Shown here: piece by piece, positions 7,842 to 16,800 of the stretch | Layout: each line of letters opens with the position of its first letter | Position numbering within the stretch: position 1 is the first letter of the stretch | NCBI RefSeq assembly: GCF_019464535.1 | Contig: NZ_CP080507.1 | Coordinates: 2,610,001 to 2,642,000 of the forward strand | Origin: Horticoccus luteus | GTDB lineage: Bacteria > Verrucomicrobiota > Verrucomicrobiia > Opitutales > Opitutaceae | Direction of reading: 5' to 3' | DNA: 32,000 bases | Notes under the pieces: model-generated | What the model was told of the DNA's origin: nothing | The model's database searches: none | Seen by the model: only the letters and a program-made list of their open reading frames with translations | Translations under genes and position numbers: made by a program

Positions 7842-10800
7842 GAGTTTTTAATGGAGCTGAGACGACGAGCGCCGCGAGATTGCAGCCACCGAGCGGCGGC
7901 CAAGAGAGAAAGGGCGAGGTAGAACCATGCACCCGGTGCACCACCTCCCCCACCGCCACTATCGCTGCTGCCGCCAACGCCACCGGAGGACGGCGGATTG
8001 TTGACGGTGAGCGTGGCCGCATTGCTGGTCACGGTGCCCTGGCTGTTGGACACAACGACCGTGTATTGCCCGGCGTTGGAGGCTTGAACGTTGGTGACGG
8101 TGAGCGTCGTGGACGTCCCCGAGCTGACCTGGTTGCCGTTGAAATACCAACGATACGTGGGCGCCGGCTGCCCGGTCGCGGCCACGAAGAACTGGACGGT
8201 GGCGCCGGCGGTGACTGACTGGCTTTGCGGCTGCGTCTGGATAATCGGCGCGTTCGGGAAGACGCCTTGGCGCACGGTTTGGTTGACCGTGTCGGCAATA
8301 TAGAACTCCCCGCTGGGCGCCTGAACGATGCCCGAGGGAAATTTGAACCGAGCCGCAGCTCCCACGCCATCGGCGCTGCCGAACGTGCCAGCCTGGCCAG
8401 CGACCGTGGTGACGACGCCACCCACGGACACAATCTTCCGGATGGTATGGTTGTCGGTATCGAGGACGAAGACGTTAAACGAGCCATCCACCGTCAGTGC
8501 TGACGGATGATTGAACCGCGCAGCGGTCGCGGTGCCATCGGCTGCGCCACTGCTGCCGGCAAGTCCGGCAATCGTCTTCACCACGCCGCCGGCGCTGACC
8601 GCGCGGATGGTGTTGTTCTCAGTATCGGCGACGTACAGGTTGCCATTGCGATCGACCGCGACGTCGGACGGCGCGTTGAAACGCGCTGCACTGCCCGTGC
8701 CGTCAACGGCCCCGGGTTGCCCCGCCAAACCGGCCACGGTGGTGACCTCCGTGGTCGCGAGATTCACTTTGCGAATCGTGTGATTATTGGTGTCCGCGAC
8801 GTAGAGGCTGCTGTTCGCACCATCGGAGTAAAAGGCGACGCCTTGCGGGCCGAAGAACCGCGCCGCCGCCGTGCCGTCGGCCGAGCCTGATGTGCCCGCG
8901 AGGCCCGCGAGAGTGGAAACACTGCCCGATACGGAAATCCTCCGAATCGTGTGGTTCAACGTATCCGCCACGTAAACATTGCCCGAACTATCGACGGTAA
9001 TCCCGGCGGGGGAATTAAACCGCGCGGTGGCGCCGGAGCCGTTGGCGGTGCCGGGGCTGCCGGCCGTGCCGGCAAACGTAGTCACCACCCCACCCGGTGC
9101 GATGCGGCGGATGACGTGGTTGTCCGTATCGGCAACGTAAATATTGCCGGTGGCATCGACGGCCACGGCCATCGGATCTCTGAACGTCGCCCCGGTGCCG
9201 GTGCCATCCGCGCTGCCCGCGGTGAGCACTTGTCCGGCGACCGTGGTGATCGTCATCGGCACGGCGGGTGCCGGCACGTCCTGCACGGAAAGCGTGAAGA
9301 CCTGGGTGGCGTCCGCGCCCGACCCATTGTGCGCGGTCAAGACGAGATGATAAATGGCGCCGACCGTCCCGTTGGGCGGCGTGCCCGCCAGAACACCCGT
9401 GGCGCTATTGAGCGTCACCCAATCCGGCAGGCCCGCAGCGGCGAACGTCGAAGCAGGAGCGCCGGAGGCGGTAATCGTGAACGAAGCGGGCAGACCGATC
9501 GTAAACGTAGTGCTGCTGGCACTCGTAATGACGGGTGCCTGACTGAGGGTTGGCGTCGCGGCCTCGATCACCGTCGAATTGGCGCTGGGGCCGACGTCGT
9601 TGTAGGCGCGCACGCGGTAATAGTAACTCGTGCCCGCGCTCAACCCGGCAATGTTGCGGCTCAAATTTGTGCCCACATCGAAGCCGTTGTAGCCATTGAG
9701 AAACGTGGCAAAAGAACTGTCCGTCGAAACATCAAGCAGGTAGCCCTGCGCGTTATCGACTGCGTTCCAGTGCGCGGTGAATCCGCCACTCGCGAGGTTC
9801 GTCGCCGGTTGCGCCACGGGCGCAGGGGGCGCCATCGGCGGAATCGTGACTGTCAACACCGCAGGCGTCGAGGTCGCGGCCCCCACCGCATTGGACACTT
9901 TCACCGTGTAACTTCCGGAATCGGCCACCACCACGCCCGTGAGCGTGAGGCTGGCGGTCCCGGTCCCCGACAAAGCGCCACCGTCGGCGAGATTTACTCC
10001 ATCCTTCTTCCACTGATAGCTCAGCGGAGCGGTGCCCGTCGCGACGACAGAGAGTGTGACGTTATCGCCTTGGAACGCCGCTTGCGACACCGATTGCGAG
10101 GTGATGAGCGGCGGCGTTTGCACGGCCAACGTCGCGCTCGCGCTGGTGACGGACCCGCCGTCGTTGGTCACGACCACCGCGTAATCCGCCGAATCCGCCG
10201 GCTGAACGCCAGTGAGCGTGAGCGTTGCGGTGCCGGTTCCGGAAACACGGCCACCATCGCCGAGGGCGTTGCCGTCCTTCGTCCAATGGTAGCTGAGCGG
10301 CGTGGCGCTGCTCGCCTCGACGGTCAGCGTCACTGTAGAACCAGTGGCCACCGTTTGGCTCACCGGCGGGGTGTTGATCGTCGGCAACGTGCCCGAAGTG
10401 CTGACTGACAATTGCGCGCCTTTGCTCGTCGATGAAACGGGTAGGCTGTCAGGGGCCAGCACGCTGCTCGCGGTGTTATAGCCGTCGAGCGTGTTGGCGA
10501 CGGTGCAGGTGTAGGCACCGGCGTTACCGTTGCGCGCGCCGGTAATCGTCAGCGTGGCGGATTGCGCACCGCTGACGACGGAGCCGTTGGACTGTGCGCC
10601 ATCGACCAAGGCGATGCCTTCGCGGCGCCATTGATAAGTGGGCGCGGTGCCGTTCACGCCGCTCGTGCCCGCCGCGACGACGGTGAACGTCGCGGTTTGC
10701 CCGGGCGCGATGGCTTGCGCGGCTGGCTGACCGGTGATCGCGAGTGCATTGGCCGTCGTCAAACCGGTGAAGCTCGTCGTGCCGGAGTATTGCACGTCAG

Positions 10801-13800
10801 CGACGTTGTAGAGTTCGAGGCCAGGTCCGCCGGCAATGCTGACGTTGTTCAACGACACATTACTGATCAGGCCGTTCGCGAGCGGCAGCCCCCAGATGAT
10901 GCTATACCCACTGGCGCCGGTCGCGGTGAGATTGTTGATGGCGATATTTTTCCAAACCGAGACGGTGGCCGCCGCCAGTGGGTTGGGCGGCGTGACATTC
11001 CAAGCTTTGACCTTGGTCGGCGTGGTCTGATTACTCCCGGAAGTCGCTCCGGGATTTCCGACTTGGTTGTAGTAACTATAGAAGACGATGGGATATTGAA
11101 CGTTTGTCATCGTGATATCCGAATACGTCAGATTTTGCACGACGCCGCCCTGGGTGGCATCCGCCTTGAGGCGCAAGCCGCTGGTGGTGCCGTTAAACGT
11201 GCAGCGCAATACCGTGAGGCCGTCGAGGCCGAGATTGGTCTGACCACCGACGGACAAACCGTGGCCGGTGCCAAAGGTGCAATCGGCGACGGTGATGTTA
11301 CTGCACGGTCCGTTGGCGGCTTTGATGGCGATGTTGTCATCGCCGACCGAAATCGTGCAGTTTTGGATCAAGACATTAGTCGCGGTCGGGTCGACGCCGT
11401 CGGTGTTGGGCGACGACGAAGGCGCCGTGACCGTGAGGCCGAAGATGGTGACGTTGGAATTGCTGGTGCCGCCGCTCCCGCTCATCGCGAGGTGAAACTG
11501 CGGCGAGTTTTGCAACGTGATACCGCTCACCAGAACGTTGGCCGCCCGCGTGAACTGCAGCAGGCGGGGGCGGCTGATCGTGCTATCGTTGTTATACGCC
11601 GTCCACCATGCAGCACCGTCACCTTCGATGACGCCATTGCCGGTGATCGCAATATTCGTCGCCCCACTCGCGATACTGATGAGATCGGCGGGCGAAGTCG
11701 TGCTATTGGGATAGGTGCCATACGGCAACGCGCGCAAGATGGCGCCCCCGTCGATCTGCAGATTCATGTTGCTGCGCAGCGTCAGCGGTCCGGTCAGATA
11801 CGGGCTCGCCGCCGCCGGGATTTCGATGGTGCCGCCGCCAGCCGCCTGTGCCGCGTTGATCGCCGCCTGGATGGACGCCGTGTTATTGGTGGTGCCATCG
11901 CCGACCGCGCCATAATCCACGACGTTGAATACGCCTGCGGGGATGATCGGTTGCGTGGGCAACGTCGCCGAGGCCGGCGCGACGGTCGTCAGAACCGCCG
12001 TGGCGCTCGTCGTGGTGCCGCCGCCGTTGGTGACGCCGACGGTATAGTTGCCACCGTCGCTCGAGTCGAGGCCGGTCAACGTAAGGGTCGAGGCGGTCGC
12101 ACCAGCGATGTCGGACCCGCTTTTTTTCCATTGATAGGACAGCGGGCCGACGCCTGTCGCGAAAACACTCAGGCTGACGCGAGAGCCGAGCAAAGCCGAT
12201 TGCGTGAGCGGCTGCACGACGATCGCCGGCGGCGGCGCCGTCACGGTCAACACCGCCGCATCGCTCGTCACCGTGGTCACGCTGTTGGTGACGTCCACGG
12301 TGTAGGAACCGGCGTCGCCATTCTGCAAATTCGCGACGGCGAGCGTGGCCGTCGCCGATCCGGTGATGCGCGCATTATCACTGAGCGCGACGCCGTCCTT
12401 CTTCCATTGATAAGTGATCGGCGTGCTGCCGGTCACCGCGACCGAAAAGCTGGCGCTCGTGCCGGCAGCGAGGGTTGCCGATTGCGGTTGCGCGGTGATC
12501 GTCGGGGCCACCGGAGCCGAACTGACGGTCAGCGTCGCCACCGTACTCGCTACGGAGGCCGCGGCGTTCGTGACAACAAGTTTGTAATCGCCGGAATCCG
12601 CAAGTTGGACGCCGGCGAGAGTCAGCGTGTCGGTCGTGGCGCCGGAGATGATCCCACCGTCGTTCAAATCGACATTGTTTTTCTGCCACCGGTAGCTCAA
12701 TGGGGCGCTGCCTGTCGCCGCCGCGCTCAAAGTCACTGTCGCCCCCACCGTGGCCGATTGTGTGGCGGGCTGCGTGGTGAAGACGGGAGGCGCAGCCAGC
12801 TTTGTGACATGTAAATCGAGAATGCTCGGCGCCGGGCCGTAGGAGGAGTAGAACATCAGCGAATCGAAACTCGCGACGACCGGACCGGAGGTCTGGCTAT
12901 ACGAGTAGGTCATCACCGTCGTGCCACCGCTCTTGACCGTGTAGCTGAGGTCGATCTCCGAAGCCGAAACGTAAGTTATATTGAATGTCGCGGTATAGAC
13001 AGTTGTCGCATCATTCAGGATCGCCCCGGCCGTGCCGCCGCCCGAGCCGAGCAGACCGAATGTCCCGGTGGCCGCCAGATCGGTCGACGTGGGACCGATA
13101 ATCTGGGTGCTGCCGCTCGCGGCGACAGAGGTGCCGGTGCGCGTCCAGAAGGATAACGTATCGGTGGAAGCGGTGGTGGCGGCTTTGGTATCGATAATAT
13201 AACCCGAGTAGCCCCGCGCCGTATTGCCGGTCGGCGTGCCGGTCAGGCTGTTGGACGTGGCGGGAGCGTAGCGCGCGGAAATCGTGGCGGCGGCGTCATT
13301 GGTGGCGGCGCCATTGCCGCCGCTGTTCAAAAGCGCGAGACGGAAGTTGCCAGGATTTTCGGCCGGAGTGGACGCTCCGAAAACGAATGTCACATTGGCC
13401 GAGAGCGTTTCGCCGAGCCCCAACGAAATCGGTGCCGCGGACGGCGCGAAGTAGGCCATCAGGCCGCGCGTGCTCCCCGAGGATGTGCCGAGCGAAGTGC
13501 CGGGCTTGTAAGCGATGTTCGCAGTGCCAAACGACACCCAAGGCGCTTGCGTGGCGGTAGGCGTAAGGAAACCGTTGGCATCGGTCGCGAGACCGGCGTT
13601 TACCGCGGCGGCGGTCACGGCATCGTGGACGACGGTCACGCCGGCGGGTGCGGCGAGCGTGGTCGCGCTCACGGTGTTGGAAGCGGCGGTTGCCAAGCTG
13701 CCGTTAACGGCGCGCACGCGATAGAAGTACGTCGAAGTCGCGGCCAAACCGGTGACCGCGGAAGAGGTGACGTTGCCCACATCCAAATTCTGAAATCCGC

Positions 13801-16800
13801 TGACGAACGCGGTGAACCCGCTGTCCGTCGCCACGTCGAGCTGGTAAGTCGTGGCGCCGCCGACGGCGCTCCAGTTGGCCGTGAAGTGGCTCTCGGTGAC
13901 GAGGGTGGCCGCGCTGGCCGTGGGCGGACTTTGGACCGTTAAGGTCGCGTCGGCGCTGGTGACCGTGCTCGGCGCAGCGTTGGAGACGTCGACCGTGTAA
14001 ACCCCCGCGTCGCCCGCAACGGCGTTGGTGATGGTCAACGTATTGGTCGAAGAGCCGGCGATGTGTCCGGCGCTGTCACTGACGACATTGGTGTCTTTCT
14101 TCCAGACATAGGTGAAAGGTCCAGTGCCGGAAGCGGCCACCGTGAAGGTCACCGTGCCGCCGGCGTTGACGGCCTGGCTGGCTGGCTGCGTAGCGATGGT
14201 GACCGCCACCGCGCCTGCGGTTACGGTCAATGTCGCGGGATCGCTCGTGACCGATCCGGCGGCGTTGGTCACGACCACTTCATAAGCGCTGTTCGAGTCC
14301 GAGAGTTGTACATTGGTCAACACGAGCGAAGCCGAGGTTGCGTTGCCAATTTCGACAAAAGCCCCCGCCCCCACCCGCTTCAGCCATTGATAGCTGAGCG
14401 ACGTGGAACTGGTGGCGGCGACGGTGAAAGTCACATTGCTGCCGATGGTCACGGACTGACTCGCCGGCTGCGTCGTGATCGAGACCGGGGCTGGTGGCGT
14501 GGCGACGTTGATGGTGTTCGACGAGGCGCTGGTTCCATCGGTGTTCACCGCGCGCACACGATAATAGTACGTAGTGTTGTCGCTGAGGCCCGTGATGGCC
14601 TGCGTGAGGACATTGCCGACGTCGCGATTAGCGTAGCCGCTTACAAAACTGCCAAAGAATTCGTCTGTGGAAACATCGAGGCGGTAGCTCGTGGCGCCTG
14701 CGCCCGCGCTCCAGTTTGCCGTAAACCCGGCGGTGCTGGGGCCAGTGGCCGCCGTCGCCACCGGCGCAGCAGGAGGAGAGGTCACCGTCAATGCGACCGA
14801 ATCGCTCGAAGCGGTGCCGCCGGCGTTGGAAACCGCCACAGTGTAGTTGCCGGTGTCGCCGGAGACGGCGTTGCTGATCGTCAACGTGTCGGTGGTCGCG
14901 CCCGCGATATGTCCCGCTTCGTCGACCAGATCGACCCCGCCCTTGGCCCATTTGTAGCCGAGAGGAGCATCGCCGGTTGCGGCGACGGTGTAGGTGACCG
15001 TCGCACCCGCCGCCACGGACTGGCTTCCGGGCGAGGGCTCCGTCGTAATGCTCGGCGCGACGACTGTCGTCGTGTAAGTGACGTCAAAGAGGCGAAAGTC
15101 GATCGTGGTGGCCGTCAAAGCCGCGGAGCTGGGCCGTACATCGAACGTATCGAACGTGAAGGTGCTCGGGCTGGGGTCGCTATATGAAACGCTCGCGCTG
15201 CCGGTATCGTTGAAGGTGCCGCCGGACATCGTCGCCACGATATCGAGCGTATTCGGCGTGCCCGCGATGCGCGTAAAGGTGATGGTAAACGTATAATCGG
15301 TGCCATCGTCGTAGCCGTGGACATTCTTCGGCGCGCCATTGGCGAGGGCAGTCCAGTTCCCGGAAGTCCCGAGCAAGTTGCCCGCCACTCCGGCGCCCAA
15401 CGCCCACTTTCGCAATTGGAACGAATTACTATTCCCGAGCGAGGCGCCCATGTTCATGAACATCGCGTAGCCGGTGTAAGCGGCCGACGGAATGCTGCCA
15501 TCCGCGGTGACGCGCGAGTCCGCCGGCGCTTGGGCCACCGCCAGGTTAAACCCTTGGCTGGAATTGGTGGCGTTCACGCCCGTCGTCCTGAACACCCATT
15601 TGAGCGTCATGCTGTCGCCCGCCTTCGCGAGCGTGACCGGAGTCGCCGCGGGCGTGAAGTAGGTGAAAAGCGTTTGGGACGCGGTGTCCTCGGTGGCGGT
15701 CATCGCACCGGAACTCACAGTGAGAGTGCCCACGCCGCCTTGAAACCACTGTGATTCGAGATCGCCGTCGCTATCGGCATCCGTCCCCTTTACGCCATTG
15801 TTCTCGGCGTAGCCGTCCGTGGCGCTTGGGTCGGTGCGGGTGCCATCCTGCCACGTGTCGTGCACGAGCGCGGTCGTAACCTGGGCGCGCAAGGTGGCGG
15901 CGCTGCCGGCCAACACCAAGACAGCGGCGAAGATGAATAACGTGGAGTGACGCATGAAAGAGAACCTCCGCTCGCGTCGCCGGCTCAGCCAGCGGGCGGC
16001 GGCCGCGACGACCAGCGCGAAGTAGAACCACCAGCCCGGTGCGCCGCCGCCACCGCCGGGCAGGCTCACCGGCGGCGCCGACGTGGCGGTGACGACGAGG
16101 CCGGCGGAATTACTCGTGACGCTCCCCAGCGAGTTGGTGACCACGACGGTGTAATCACCCGCGTTCGCGGCGGAAGCGGCGCTCACCGTATACGTGTCGC
16201 TCGTGGCATTCGGAACCACGTTGCCGTTCAAATACCACTGATACGTGGGCGCCGGACGGCCGGTGGCTTTGACCGTGAACTGAGCGCTGGCTCCGCTCGC
16301 CACGGACAGGCTTTGCGGGTGGGTGACGATGACCGGCCCATGCGGCACACCCGCGGAGCGCACGGTGTTGTTGTCGGTATCGGCTATATACAGATCGCCC
16401 GCCGAATTGACAGCGATGCCGCCTGGTGAGTTGAAGCGTGCCGCCGTGCCAATGCCGTCGACACTGCCGGGTTTGCCGGCCTGCCCGCCGACAGTCGTGA
16501 CGACGCCAAGGGCGGAAACGATTTTGCGCACGGTGTAATTGTCGGTATCGACGACATAGACGTTGAACGCGCTGTCGACCGTGACGCCATAAGGATGATT
16601 GAAACGCGCTCCCGCGCCGGTGCCATCGGCGGCGCCGGTGCTGCCCGCCAAACCGGCGAGCGTGGTCACCGCGCCATCGGGCGTGACGAGGCGGATGGTG
16701 GCATTATCCGTATCGGCGACGTAAACATTGCCGTTGGCGTCGACCGCCACTCCGTAAGGCGCATCGAAGCGTGCCGCGCCGCCCACGCCATCAACGCTGC

